Shown: positions 47,674 to 57,676 of the stretch, in pieces
How positions within the stretch are numbered: the first letter of the stretch is position 1
Layout of the letters: the number at the start of each line of letters is the position of its first letter
DNA from: an uncultured virus (IMG/VR IMGVR_UViG_2788500181_000007)
Lineage: Duplodnaviria > Heunggongvirae > Uroviricota > Caudoviricetes
Length of the DNA: 64,000 nt
Virus record (IMG/VR): IMGVR_UViG_2788500181_000007
Direction: 5' to 3' (one strand)
Notes under the pieces: generated by a model
Database searches by the model: none
What the model was told of the DNA's origin: nothing
What the model saw: the letters and a program-made list of their open reading frames with translations, nothing else
Translations under genes and position numbers: made by a program

Positions 47674-49575
47674 ATGCCTAACGATGAAAAATTCTGCGCC
47701 ATCGACTTTGAGACCTATTACGACTCCAAGTATTCGATCGCGCGACTGTCTACCTACCAATACGTAAACCACGAAGAGTTTAACGCTTACATGGTCGCGG
47801 TTTACAACGACGACTTTGAATACGTCGGAACCGTGGAAGGTATGGACTGGACCCGCCTCAAGGATTACACCTTGATCGCGCACAACGCCTCTTTTGATCA
47901 GCGCGTTTTTGAACGCCTCCAAGAGATCGGCGAGATTCCCAACAATGTCGGAAAGAAGTGGATCTGCACTGCCGACATGTGTTGTTACTTTCAGTATCAA
48001 CGAAACCTTAAGGGTGCCGCCAAGGAGATCTTGGGGGTGGAGATGGACAAAGGTATTCGCGACAACCTAAAGGGTCTGGACTGGGAAGACCTCTCCGCCC
48101 AAGACATGGTGAAGGATACCTACGATTACGCCCTGAATGACGCTCGCTATTGCTTCCAAATTTGGGATAAGCTGTACCCCGATTGGCCCCTTGTCGAACG
48201 TCGAGCTAGTGAGATCAATCGGGATATGGGTTGGGAAGGACTCCCGTGCAACCCCTACGACATGGAGATCGAGAGCGACAANATGTCACACAAGTCCTTC
48301 AATGCCCGGAAACGTCTTCCGTGGTATGAGCAGATTGACCCCGACACCAAGAAACCGTACGCCATATACAGCAAGAAGGCGCTGGCCCTCGAATGCCGTC
48401 GACGCGGGATACCCGTACCAAAATCTCTAGACAAGAAGAACAAGGATTTCCTAGCTTGGAACGAGGAGTACGGCGAGATCTTTACTTGTGCTACCGACAT
48501 GCAGGAAGTTCAGCGGATCAACAAGCACTCCAAGACTTTGGATGCTATGATTGAACGGATTTTTGAGGATCGCATTAAGTATCAGACCAAGTATTTCGGG
48601 GCTTCCATTACGGGACGCTTCAGCGGAACTGACGGATTGAACGTGCAGAACTTGCCAGTGGGCTCCAAGCACGGGCTTAATCTGCGGGGTTGTATCCGAG
48701 CTCACGGGGGGAAGTCCTTTGTGAGTGTCGACTACTCCAATATTGAAGCTCGGGTCACTCCTTGGGTAGCCGGCGACACGGACACCCTTGATCTTATCCG
48801 AGAGGGTTTAAATCCATACGAGGTACACGCGCGCCTAACCATGGGTTGGGAGGGGGGCTCCCTCAAGAAAGAGGATCCCGAGCTGTACACCCTCGCGAAG
48901 GTTCGTGTGTTGCAGTTGGGCTACGGTTCCGGATGGGCCAAGTTCGCCGATACCGTCAAGCTCTTCGAGCAACAGCATGTTTTGGATAGGGAGTTTTCCT
49001 TGGAAGACGAAGCTCGATTCAAGAAGTTTGCGGGTACATATCAGCCGGGCAAGGCCAGCCTATACCCTACCCTTTCGACCTACGACCGTCGACAATGGAT
49101 CAACGCATATCTACAGGTGGATGACTTCCGTCAGAAGAATCCCAATATCGTTTGCCATTGGAAAACGCACGACAAGCTTTTCAAGCAAGCCGCCAACCAT
49201 GGAAGGGATTACCAGATTCCGATGTTTAGTGGTCGCCTCTTGAAATACTTCCGTTGCCGTCACGAATCCGACGGGACCACTGCGGCCGAGCAGATGGGTA
49301 GCCCTCGCAGGCATTACTTCTACGGCGCCAACCTATTCCAGAACGTAGTTCAAGCGACTGCTCGGGATCTTTTCGTGGACGCTATGGTTCGCTTACATGA
49401 GGCGGGCTTCAAGGTCGTCATGCACGTACACGATGAGGTTCTGGTCGAGGTCGACGAGGCCGATGCCCAGGAGTCCTTGGATAAAGTCATTGAAATTATG
49501 AGCACACCCCCGTCTTGGGCCGAGGAACTTCCTTTGGCTGCTGAGGGGCAAATAACCAAGGAGTACACAAAATGA
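47674..49575 (+). CDS. polA: Family A DNA polymerase with 3'-5' exonuclease
   Basis: IDFETY, AHNASFD, TGRFSG, NVQN, DYSNIEAR, K...L.LGYG, NVVQATARD, HVHDE. Confidence 0.93.
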   Translation: MPNDEKFCAIDFETYYDSKYSIARLSTYQYVNHEEFNAYMVAVYNDDFEYVGTVEGMDWTRLKDYTLIAHNASFDQRVFERLQEIGEIPNNVGKKWICTADMCCYFQYQRNLKGAAKEILGVEMDKGIRDNLKGLDWEDLSAQDMVKDTYDYALNDARYCFQIWDKLYPDWPLVERRASEINRDMGWEGLPCNPYDMEIESDXMSHKSFNARKRLPWYEQIDPDTKKPYAIYSKKALALECRRRGIPVPKSLDKKNKDFLAWNEEYGEIFTCATDMQEVQRINKHSKTLDAMIERIFEDRIKYQTKYFGASITGRFSGTDGLNVQNLPVGSKHGLNLRGCIRAHGGKSFVSVDYSNIEARVTPWVAGDTDTLDLIREGLNPYEVHARLTMGWEGGSLKKEDPELYTLAKVRVLQLGYGSGWAKFADTVKLFEQQHVLDREFSLEDEARFKKFAGTYQPGKASLYPTLSTYDRRQWINAYLQVDDFRQKNPNIVCHWKTHDKLFKQAANHGRDYQIPMFSGRLLKYFRCRHESDGTTAAEQMGSPRRHYFYGANLFQNVVQATARDLFVDAMVRLHEAGFKVVMHVHDEVLVEVDEADAQESLDKVIEIMSTPPSWAEELPLAAEGQITKEYTK

Positions 49576-50141
49576 ACAGAGTAATAGGATTAGCAGGCCC
49601 CAAGGGCTGTGGGAAATCGACCTTCGCAAGCAAGCTTTGCATTCACTATGGGTTTACCGCCGTCTCATTTTCATACCCGATCAAAGCCATGCTTCATACC
49701 ATGGGCGTCGACATGCAACTGCTCACCGATCCCGTCCGAAAGGAGGAGGTTATCGAGGAGTTGGGGTGTAGCCCACGATACTTGATGCAGACTCTTGGAA
49801 CGGAATGGGGGCGCACACTAGTTGACGATCAGCTGTGGCTGAAATTAGCGAAGAAGAGAATAGAGAGCGACTCATCTCGAGACTACGTCGTGGACGATGT
49901 CCGATTTGTAAATGAGTGTGAATTAGTTCACTCTTTAGGTGGGTGCATTATTCGATTCGACAAAGACAAACAGACGCAAGATTCGCACACTTCGGAAGCG
50001 GGGCTTCCCAACGACCTAGTGGAGTTCGATATCTCTGGGTTCAAGCACCAAGACCCTGACGAGTTCGTCCAAGACTTCATGGAAATTAAATACAATGGAA
50101 CTTTCAACAATACCAAACCTCAGGTCGAACTTAGTCACTAG
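49572..50141 (+). CDS. Deoxynucleoside monophosphate kinase
   Basis: IGLAGPKGCGKST, SPRYLMQTLGTEWGR, DDVRFVNE, HTSE. Confidence 0.9.
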   Translation: MNRVIGLAGPKGCGKSTFASKLCIHYGFTAVSFSYPIKAMLHTMGVDMQLLTDPVRKEEVIEELGCSPRYLMQTLGTEWGRTLVDDQLWLKLAKKRIESDSSRDYVVDDVRFVNECELVHSLGGCIIRFDKDKQTQDSHTSEAGLPNDLVEFDISGFKHQDPDEFVQDFMEIKYNGTFNNTKPQVELSH

Positions 50142-52173
50142 AAAGCATATTGACGAGATCGTCTCCCTCAAATTCGACCTACCCCGATTCCGCAGTCAAG
50201 CTGAATACAAGAGATGGGCTTCACAGCCTCAAACTAAATACCTAGCATACAACTGTGTTGAGGCGGCGGATCCGCATCAGCGCTTGAACAAGGACAACCC
50301 ACCCAAGTTTCTAAAGGGGTTCTGCGTCGACTGGGATGCGAAGCTTACCGATCTCGAGTACGACGAATGCGTCGGGCGGATGATGGACAGCGCTTACCCT
50401 GCGAATTGGATCTCGCGGAGCTACAGTGGAGGCTTGCATGCTGTTTACTTTTTCGAAGGTGAGATACTCTGCCACGGCAAAAGTGCGACGGAAAAGTTTC
50501 TGAGGCGAGCTGCCAAGGAGATGAACTTCGATGGGCTCGCTCGGAAATTTGACAAGGGTAACTTCCTAGACCCTTTCTCGTACGTCCTCTACGGTAGTGA
50601 TTGGAAGGAGATTGACGCCGAATCCCGGATCGACTTAAAGACCCTCCACTACTGGCAGTACGAAAGCTCGAGCGATCGTGACTTTGACGACGGAGTGATC
50701 ATTCCACTCGACGTAGTGAAGGCTGAGATCGATCAGCGATTCCCGGGGGCTTGGGACGGGCCCTTCCGGGAAGGTTCCCAAGGTGTTCGCTTCTGGGATC
50801 CGACCGCCGACAACCCTCGAGCCGCAGTTGTTCGCGAGCGTGGCTTCCAATGCTTCACGGGCGACCGAGGCTTTATGCGTTGGGTCGATGTATTCGGCAC
50901 GGACTTTGTTCGCGACTATGAAGTTAATCGAATCGGTGAAGCGATCGTCCATTACTGGTTCGACGGTAAAAACTATTTTGTCGAGGACGGCAATGGCGGT
51001 TTCGTTGTTTCCGGCAGGGATGACACCAAGTTAGACGTAATGGGACGGCATGGCCTGAGCGACCGCCCAAGGCGCGAAGACAACCTTTCCGAGGCTAGGC
51101 GAGCCATGTATCAAATCAACACCGGAAAACGCGTGGAGGCCGGCATACCTTTCGTATTCACCAAGTCTCGCATTGTAAAGCATGAGGGGCAACGCTACTT
51201 CAACACGTCTAGGATCAAGCCCTTGACCCCGGCTGACGGGGATCCTGAGTGGGGCGAAGGCTTTCCGACGATTGTGTCGTGGATGGAAACCATGTTCGGA
51301 GAAGAGCAGCTTAAGCACGAAATTGGCTGGCTTTCTTACGCCTATCGACACGCCTACGCAGGTGCTCCGAAAAGAGGTCACGCCCATTTTTTGGTCGGAC
51401 CGCCTAACACTGGTAAAACATTGTATAACAAATCTGTTTTAGGGGGTTTGTTCGGGGGCGGAATCAAGGCATCGGAATATCTATGCGGAAAGGACAGTTG
51501 GACTGATTATCTTTTCGAGTACGGGATGTGGCTAGTCGACGACGAGGCTCCGTCGGAGAGCGCTTCAATGCACACGGCCTTCACAGCTAAGCTGAAGGAG
51601 CACGTCGCCAATGACACCTTCCTCATCAACGGAAAATACATGAAGTCAGGCCGAGCTTTTTGGCGGGGTAGGATTAGCATCACGCTTAATGACGACCCCA
51701 TCTCGATGAGACTCCTGCCCGATCTCGACATGTCGATCAAGGATAAGGTCATGATCTTCAAGTGCAATTCCGGGTTCCGTTTTACTGCCGAAACCAAGAG
51801 CAAGGTGGATTCGGAGCTACCTCATTTTGCTCGGTGGCTACTCAACTACGAGATACCGTCGACCAAGGATTTTGAGAGGTTCGGAGTCCAAGCGTATATT
51901 AATCCCGCTTTGGAAAACATGGCGAAAGCCGATTCCCGATATAGCCACATAACGGAACTGATGAATATGTTCAGAGATACCCTTGCCGACGATGCTTGGG
52001 AGGGCACAACCTCCGAACTACTGGTTGTCCTAGGTGCGAACGAGAACAACCGAATACTTTTGAGGGATATGAACCCAAGAAAGCTAGGTTGGGGGTTGAA
52101 CCACATATTCTCAAAGGGGCATGATTGGCTGTCCAAGCCCCGCCATAGAATCTGGAGGGTTGATGGGAGCTAG
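50095..52173 (+). CDS. Primase-helicase (PrimPol-like N-terminus plus DUF5906-like P-loop)
   Basis: VDWD...SYSGGLH; GPPNTGKT; LVDDE; ITLN. Confidence 0.8.
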   Translation: MELSTIPNLRSNLVTRKHIDEIVSLKFDLPRFRSQAEYKRWASQPQTKYLAYNCVEAADPHQRLNKDNPPKFLKGFCVDWDAKLTDLEYDECVGRMMDSAYPANWISRSYSGGLHAVYFFEGEILCHGKSATEKFLRRAAKEMNFDGLARKFDKGNFLDPFSYVLYGSDWKEIDAESRIDLKTLHYWQYESSSDRDFDDGVIIPLDVVKAEIDQRFPGAWDGPFREGSQGVRFWDPTADNPRAAVVRERGFQCFTGDRGFMRWVDVFGTDFVRDYEVNRIGEAIVHYWFDGKNYFVEDGNGGFVVSGRDDTKLDVMGRHGLSDRPRREDNLSEARRAMYQINTGKRVEAGIPFVFTKSRIVKHEGQRYFNTSRIKPLTPADGDPEWGEGFPTIVSWMETMFGEEQLKHEIGWLSYAYRHAYAGAPKRGHAHFLVGPPNTGKTLYNKSVLGGLFGGGIKASEYLCGKDSWTDYLFEYGMWLVDDEAPSESASMHTAFTAKLKEHVANDTFLINGKYMKSGRAFWRGRISITLNDDPISMRLLPDLDMSIKDKVMIFKCNSGFRFTAETKSKVDSELPHFARWLLNYEIPSTKDFERFGVQAYINPALENMAKADSRYSHITELMNMFRDTLADDAWEGTTSELLVVLGANENNRILLRDMNPRKLGWGLNHIFSKGHDWLSKPRHRIWRVDGS

Positions 52174-52588
52174 TGTCAACAAGGCCAGCGGAACGGTGTT
52201 TGAGTATATCTTCGCAGTTGCAGCTATGCAAAGAGGGTTGCATCCTTTCATGCCTTTGGAAACGCATCTCCCTCAAGATTACGTAGTCATGAACGACGCC
52301 GGGAAATCTTTTCGAGTTCAGGTGAAAGGCACTCAGCACGTGACACAGACCTCCCCGACGGCACGGAAGCGCTACAAGATAATGTCTTCCACGGGTGCTA
52401 GCACCAAGAACCCAATAGATTGCGCCAAGGTGGACATCGTACCTAGTTACATTGCGACAGAAGATATCTGGTATATCATTCCGTGCCTCGAGCTACAGAA
52501 CAGTAAGACTTTTTGGTTATACAACCATCCGGAGTCGAAGGGGCGTTTGGAGAAATGGAAAGAACGATGGGATTTATTCAGACAATGA
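52163..52588 (+). CDS. PD-(D/E)xK endonuclease (group I intron-associated-like family)
   Basis: GTVFE...PQDYVV...RVQVKG...WYIIP...WKERWD. Confidence 0.8.
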   Translation: MGASVNKASGTVFEYIFAVAAMQRGLHPFMPLETHLPQDYVVMNDAGKSFRVQVKGTQHVTQTSPTARKRYKIMSSTGASTKNPIDCAKVDIVPSYIATEDIWYIIPCLELQNSKTFWLYNHPESKGRLEKWKERWDLFRQ

Positions 52589-52614
52589 TGGATTGGGTAT
52601 ATATGCTCATTTGG

Positions 52615-52926
52615 CTATTCTTGATCTTGTGCATCTTGGACCACCTTTTTTGACTTGAAGAAACCGGCCTTCCTTAGGCGGATCCGTACCGACTCTTCCG
52701 AACACGCCAATATTCTTCCGATGGTTCCGGGATGATACCCCTCCAAATACCTAGCCATAATAAACCCCTCGTAGATTTGAAGCCTCCTCTTCATCCGCAG
52801 TTGGTCATTTGCGTTAAGGTATTTTCTTTCGGACTCCCGGTTCCCGACTTGCTCCGCATCAGACAAGCCCAGGGCCGCCCGCACTTGCTCTCGAGTTAGG
52901 CCGATCCGCTTAAGCACATTACTCAA
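52615..52926 (-). CDS. Putative HTH DNA-binding protein
   Basis: GYHPGTIGRILACSEESVRIRLRKAG. Confidence 0.6.
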   Translation of the reverse strand: MSNVLKRIGLTREQVRAALGLSDAEQVGNRESERKYLNANDQLRMKRRLQIYEGFIMARYLEGYHPGTIGRILACSEESVRIRLRKAGFFKSKKVVQDAQDQE

Positions 52927-53171
52927 AGTTTAACGACAGAGGAAGCTGACTTCTTAGGAGGAAACTGCACAGAGCCTTCGGATTCTAGTTCCGTCGACTC
53001 ACCCTCAAATTTAAAATATATGGTAACCTCTACCGCCGACTCCATGTTGTTCTCGATGGCGGCCAGACGGATTTGCGGGAGCAGGTCATCTACAATCCCC
53101 TTCACTTGCGAACCCACTGCGGTCAGTACGCTTTTTTCAATTTCAGCTTGATGTTCCAACCAATCTTTCAT
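52923..53171 (-). CDS. Hypothetical protein
   Basis: 82-aa ORF with GAAGGGG upstream, divergent from the integrase. Confidence 0.6.
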   Translation of the reverse strand: MKDWLEHQAEIEKSVLTAVGSQVKGIVDDLLPQIRLAAIENNMESAVEVTIYFKFEGESTELESEGSVQFPPKKSASSVVKL

Positions 53172-53344
53172 TCAATTCCCCTTCAGTACAAAGTCACTAC
53201 ACACTCGCGAATTACAATATATAACAAAAAGAGACATTGATTGCAAGTCGTTTATTTCTAGCGACTTAGTAGCTTAAGCACTAGATAGGGGGTCTAACCC
53301 CTTTATTGCTGGCACTATGGTGTTTCTGAAACTAATAGAAACAG

Positions 53345-54520
53345 ATGAATACACACACCACTCAGTCCAGAATCAGTACAAAGACCAAGCAAGGAGCTAC
53401 AATTTCCAAACGCAGTAAGGCAGGAGCTTGGCGCTATGTCACTCGCGCCGGCGGAAAAGACTATTACTTCCCCTTAGGTTACTCCGAAAACGAGGCCAAA
53501 GAGTTGGCTGACAAGGTTCGGGCGACGATACTGTTGGAAGGTATCGATACCGCTCGGGAGAAGTTCTGCCAGAAGGCTCTGCTCCGGGATAAGCCACCCT
53601 CTCCGACCATTGACCAAGTACTGACGACCCTCGATCAAATACAGCATGTCATGGGCTGGGCAACAGTTACCAAAAACGGGTACAAAAATTCATTGGTCTC
53701 CATTGCAAGGACGGCATTAAATAAGTCGACGGAAGAGGTGAAGGCAATGGAGTGCAGTATTTTCAACCCCAGCCTAATTAGCAAATATAAGGACGCAAAA
53801 CTGTTTGGCGTGGACAACGAGGCCCGCAAGAAGTCTGTTATGCGCACAATTAATCGTAACATCCGTGAACTGAAAGCGGTTTTCGGTTCTAATACCGAGC
53901 AGTACTTTAGTAAGTACGACATGTCCTTCGTGGGGGCCCTAAAGACCGAGAAGTTCTATCGAGGTCTGCGGAAACTGTACCGCTTACCAAAAGGACAAAT
54001 GGTGTCCGACACTTTCGCATTAGCAGATAGTTTAAGCGGGGATCAAGGAACGGCATTAAATTTAGCATTATATTTTGGTCTTAGGCGGGGTGAGATTTAC
54101 CACGCTCGACGGGATTGGTTTGATTTGGAAGGAGATCTTTGCCGTATAGATATAGGGGCAGAGCGCGATTTCCGTCCCAAGGGTGGTCATGAAGGGATAA
54201 CTATGGGGTCTAAGGCTGCCGCCGTAGCCATTCTTAATAAAGCGTCGGGCGACGATTATTTATTGGGGCGCCGTGTCAAGGGGGGTCGTTCCTTATTTCA
54301 GGAGCTCGTGAAGGTATTGCGGGGCATTGGGTACACCATGGAAAACGGCAGGGAGAAACCTTTACATGAGATGCGCAAGCTGTTCGGTAGCTACGTAGCT
54401 ACCTCGCAGTCTATATACACGGCACAGAAGTACTTAAGACACGCTGATTCGAGTACGACCAATGAGAGCTATGCCGACATTATCGTCGACAAAAAGGTTT
54501 TAAAGCTGTGGGCGGCTTAG
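53345..54520 (+). CDS. int: Tyrosine recombinase / phage integrase
   Basis: Catalytic residues: GLRRGEI, PK, LHEMRK, LRH, Y(ADI). Confidence 0.9.
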   Translation: MNTHTTQSRISTKTKQGATISKRSKAGAWRYVTRAGGKDYYFPLGYSENEAKELADKVRATILLEGIDTAREKFCQKALLRDKPPSPTIDQVLTTLDQIQHVMGWATVTKNGYKNSLVSIARTALNKSTEEVKAMECSIFNPSLISKYKDAKLFGVDNEARKKSVMRTINRNIRELKAVFGSNTEQYFSKYDMSFVGALKTEKFYRGLRKLYRLPKGQMVSDTFALADSLSGDQGTALNLALYFGLRRGEIYHARRDWFDLEGDLCRIDIGAERDFRPKGGHEGITMGSKAAAVAILNKASGDDYLLGRRVKGGRSLFQELVKVLRGIGYTMENGREKPLHEMRKLFGSYVATSQSIYTAQKYLRHADSSTTNESYADIIVDKKVLKLWAA

Positions 54521-56262
54521 GTTGTGGTGCCGGCCAAGTGACCGATTACCATCTCGCGTAGATTCCAAGGGTGCCCTTCGCTAGCTACCACGAATAAGCG
54601 TACGCGAAAACGTACGCCTCGCACATTGGTAAACACCTTCATCTTTTGGGTAATGGTCCCCTTGTACTGTCCCGACACGTTTCCGTTGTCAGATTCGATG
54701 TATGCCCAGACACGACCGGTCGAGTTGGAGGAAAACGTAAGGTGAATGGAGTGAATCTGCTTCTCCGAGTGTTCGTCCCCTAAGGACATCCACGCCGTTT
54801 CCGCTATAGCTAGGCTGGCATCCTCAAAGTACATGGGGTTATTCAAAGCCCCCGTTCCGTCCTGCGTCTCCGCAAAAGGGGAGCTAAGGTATTTCCCTCT
54901 ATACAGGAAAGCTCCATCGGCATCGGCCGCTACATAGCGACCGCCCGGATTGACCGTTGTATCAGGCCACGGATCCGATACCGCAGGAAAGTCCTTGTCC
55001 CTGAAGTGATCTAGATTTGCTGAGAGAATTTTATTATCTTGATCCACGGCGATCACTTCGGACGAGTTATCTACACTGGTAATCGTGGTCAGTGCGTTGT
55101 TTACCATTGGACCCGATAAGGACTTAGCCAGCTCGGAGTATATGAAGCTTTTGTATTTCGGAGGAGTTGCCCAATCTGCGGGCGATCCGGCATTTACCCA
55201 ATTCGCATAGTCTGTGTTCTCTGCGAAAACCCAGTAAATCCCAAGTTCAGGGTTGTAGGTTGCAAAGCACTTACTTAGGTCGATCGGAAGTTCTTTATCC
55301 CAGCGACCTTTGGCCATCCAGCTTACCTGATCGGGATCGGCGTACGAATCTTTGTTGTCCGGCCCCCGAGTACCCGATTCGTCTTTGTAAATTTGACCAT
55401 CGAAGCCGAGCCAAAAAGGATATGTCCCATTTTCACCTGCAACAACGTTGTGGTTGACTGCTGCGGAAGCGGCGGACAAGGGGGCTTGTTCAACTCGGTA
55501 GCCTGTACTCGCTTGGCCAGGTGCAGGTGCTTTCAGTAAGTGCGCCCCACCGTCGGTATGAACGACCACATGATCTCGGCCTCCGGAAAGTGCGGTAATT
55601 GCATGGCCGTCGGTCATTAAGATCTTTACTTGACTAAGCTGTTCGTCCGTGTACATCGAATCCCGATGCGTTGCTTGCATATCCGCAGGCTCTGAGATGT
55701 AGACTGTGAGCGGTTCATCGGGATTACCCGCCGCATAAATCGTTTTGCGAGGACCAATTACGAAAAACCGGCACTTAGGGAAACGAGCGTACTCGAGGTG
55801 GTAAAGGATCTCATTGGGAGCAACTGTGCGAGGAGATATCCCCACAGTGATTGCTTCCGCGGATCCGTCACCCCAGCAAACTTCATTATTACCGATCGCA
55901 GACATACTAGCCGGTCGGTCGGGGTATAATTGACCACCCGCAACAGGTACCGAAACATCATAAGATGTACCAAACGGGCCGAGCTCCGTGTTTGCTTGCT
56001 TGAATAGACGAGCATCGTGAACCTCCCCATTTCTACTTGAGAAAATAAGGGTATTGTTCTCTGCGTCATCATTGCCCGTCAGGTGGTTGTCAGTGTCGGG
56101 AGATACGTTACCTACGATTCCGACTTCCGTAAATACGGGAGCAGACCGCAGACCGCCCGCACCTGCTGGTACGCAACCTTCGGCAATTCTTAAGCTACCT
56201 CGATCAGCATCGTCACGGTGTGCTTCGATTCCGGAGAATGAATATATTCTAAAGTGTCTCAT
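54517..56262 (-). CDS. Putative tail tubular B / nozzle (stabilization) protein
   Basis: 581 aa beta-rich; last gene after the capsid-adaptor block; SFSGI start, ETAWMSLG..EKQI C-terminal pattern. Confidence 0.55.
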   Translation of the reverse strand: MRHFRIYSFSGIEAHRDDADRGSLRIAEGCVPAGAGGLRSAPVFTEVGIVGNVSPDTDNHLTGNDDAENNTLIFSSRNGEVHDARLFKQANTELGPFGTSYDVSVPVAGGQLYPDRPASMSAIGNNEVCWGDGSAEAITVGISPRTVAPNEILYHLEYARFPKCRFFVIGPRKTIYAAGNPDEPLTVYISEPADMQATHRDSMYTDEQLSQVKILMTDGHAITALSGGRDHVVVHTDGGAHLLKAPAPGQASTGYRVEQAPLSAASAAVNHNVVAGENGTYPFWLGFDGQIYKDESGTRGPDNKDSYADPDQVSWMAKGRWDKELPIDLSKCFATYNPELGIYWVFAENTDYANWVNAGSPADWATPPKYKSFIYSELAKSLSGPMVNNALTTITSVDNSSEVIAVDQDNKILSANLDHFRDKDFPAVSDPWPDTTVNPGGRYVAADADGAFLYRGKYLSSPFAETQDGTGALNNPMYFEDASLAIAETAWMSLGDEHSEKQIHSIHLTFSSNSTGRVWAYIESDNGNVSGQYKGTITQKMKVFTNVRGVRFRVRLFVVASEGHPWNLREMVIGHLAGTTT

Positions 56263-56402
56263 TTCTGTGGTTTCGGTTCGTATGGGAACATTTTGTTAAG
56301 TCGTGCTTGTCGCTTTTTACATTTACCGCAGGGCTTGATCCCCACAGCTTTTGTTATCTTGGCAACAGTATCGCCTAGCCCTTTTGATTGTTCTTTGCTC
56401 AT
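56259..56402 (-). CDS. Small protein MSKEQSKGLGDTVAKITKAVGIKPCGKCKKRQARLN...
   Basis: Hand-translated 47 aa; GLGDTV...CxxC..R...LN; ATGA overlaps. Confidence 0.7.
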   Translation of the reverse strand: MSKEQSKGLGDTVAKITKAVGIKPCGKCKKRQARLNKMFPYEPKPQK

Positions 56403-57676
56403 GATGAGATAGCGGCCTCAGTAATTCCGTTAGGGTCGTCGCTGTCGTAGAAGGTGCTCCCGATCAAGAAACCGCATTCAATATCTTCGCTCCAAAGCCC
56501 TGCGCTCTGGCTCGGTGTGAGGCTGAGAATCCACGCACCAATCATTCCGTTAGCGTTTGGATCAAATGTTATAGTTACTGTACCGTCAGCCGATACATAT
56601 GTGCAGTTTGGATGCCCCTGCCAGTTAAGTTCGATTTGTGTATAGATCGGCATTCCATTTACGGGATCCATACCATCCGGCTCAATGAGATCGAGGTAGA
56701 TGGTTTGTACGCCCGGATCGCAATCGCATTGCTCGGGTGGTGGATTACCTCCGCCCCCTCCGCTACAGCCGATGCTTTGAGTGGTCCAGGTTTCGGTGTT
56801 GGTAGATGACCAACCGGATTCGGCCGAGACCGAGAGCAAACGGCCACACTCAAAAACATAAGTTCTGGTTTTTTGGTAGCTTGTTTGTGTGTAGGTTGTG
56901 GTGGTTACATCTAAGGTGAAGTCGTGCGAGTGAGAACCCCCGTTATTTCCGTAGTGCTCGTCGGTCGAACAGCTCAAGCTACTAGACACTCCTCCATCAT
57001 CATCAAGCTCGGTCTTAGTGTCGGTGACAATAGTCACGCTACCTGAGTGGAAAGACTTGTCTTCAAGGTCGATCGATCTCTCATATATGGAAACTGGAGA
57101 AATGCTGTCTATCTCCCCGCAAGCATTTAGCTCGACGGCTCGGGTTTTGTAGAAAACCTTAAGTGTTGATGGGCAGTCATAATCCATACCTAACGACACA
57201 TCAACCACTGGATGGAATCTTACACACCTAGCATCGCCGAGGCTTACTTGCTGAGTACTGTTGTAAAAGTCGTCATACCCAAGGGAGCAGGGTGCGCAAT
57301 CGAGATCCCAATACTTCTCTTCCTGTGGGCCAATCTTTTCAATCTCACCACAGCTGTTAATTGAGAATGCACGGAGTTTAGCGATCATTTCCAACGCACT
57401 GGATGGACGCCCGTCGTTTATTGAGACATTCTCAACCGACATTATGGATATACAGTTTGACTCGTTGTAGATGCTTGATCCCAGGCTTACAGGATCGCCA
57501 GCGGTCCACCCAGATATAGATACCGGTTGATATACTGAACAGTATGCACACCCTCCGCCCGATATGGAAACGTTGGGCATCGTAGTGGATGACCAGAAGT
57601 CAAAGGTTTTATCGACTGCTCGCTTGCCGCCCGTTGGTGCCGTATACTTTTCGGCTTTGTAGCTGGGGGTACTCAT
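56399..57676 (-). CDS. Cys-rich virion-associated protein with internal repeats
   Basis: 425 aa; three copies of (K)TR....CG.I..IS. Confidence 0.6.
   Translation of the reverse strand: MSTPSYKAEKYTAPTGGKRAVDKTFDFWSSTTMPNVSISGGGCAYCSVYQPVSISGWTAGDPVSLGSSIYNESNCISIMSVENVSINDGRPSSALEMIAKLRAFSINSCGEIEKIGPQEEKYWDLDCAPCSLGYDDFYNSTQQVSLGDARCVRFHPVVDVSLGMDYDCPSTLKVFYKTRAVELNACGEIDSISPVSIYERSIDLEDKSFHSGSVTIVTDTKTELDDDGGVSSSLSCSTDEHYGNNGGSHSHDFTLDVTTTTYTQTSYQKTRTYVFECGRLLSVSAESGWSSTNTETWTTQSIGCSGGGGGNPPPEQCDCDPGVQTIYLDLIEPDGMDPVNGMPIYTQIELNWQGHPNCTYVSADGTVTITFDPNANGMIGAWILSLTPSQSAGLWSEDIECGFLIGSTFYDSDDPNGITEAAISS

Noticed and set aside
52163..52588. Group I intron around the PD-(D/E)xK endonuclease
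   Set aside because: No interrupted gene and no room for an intron core; it is free-standing
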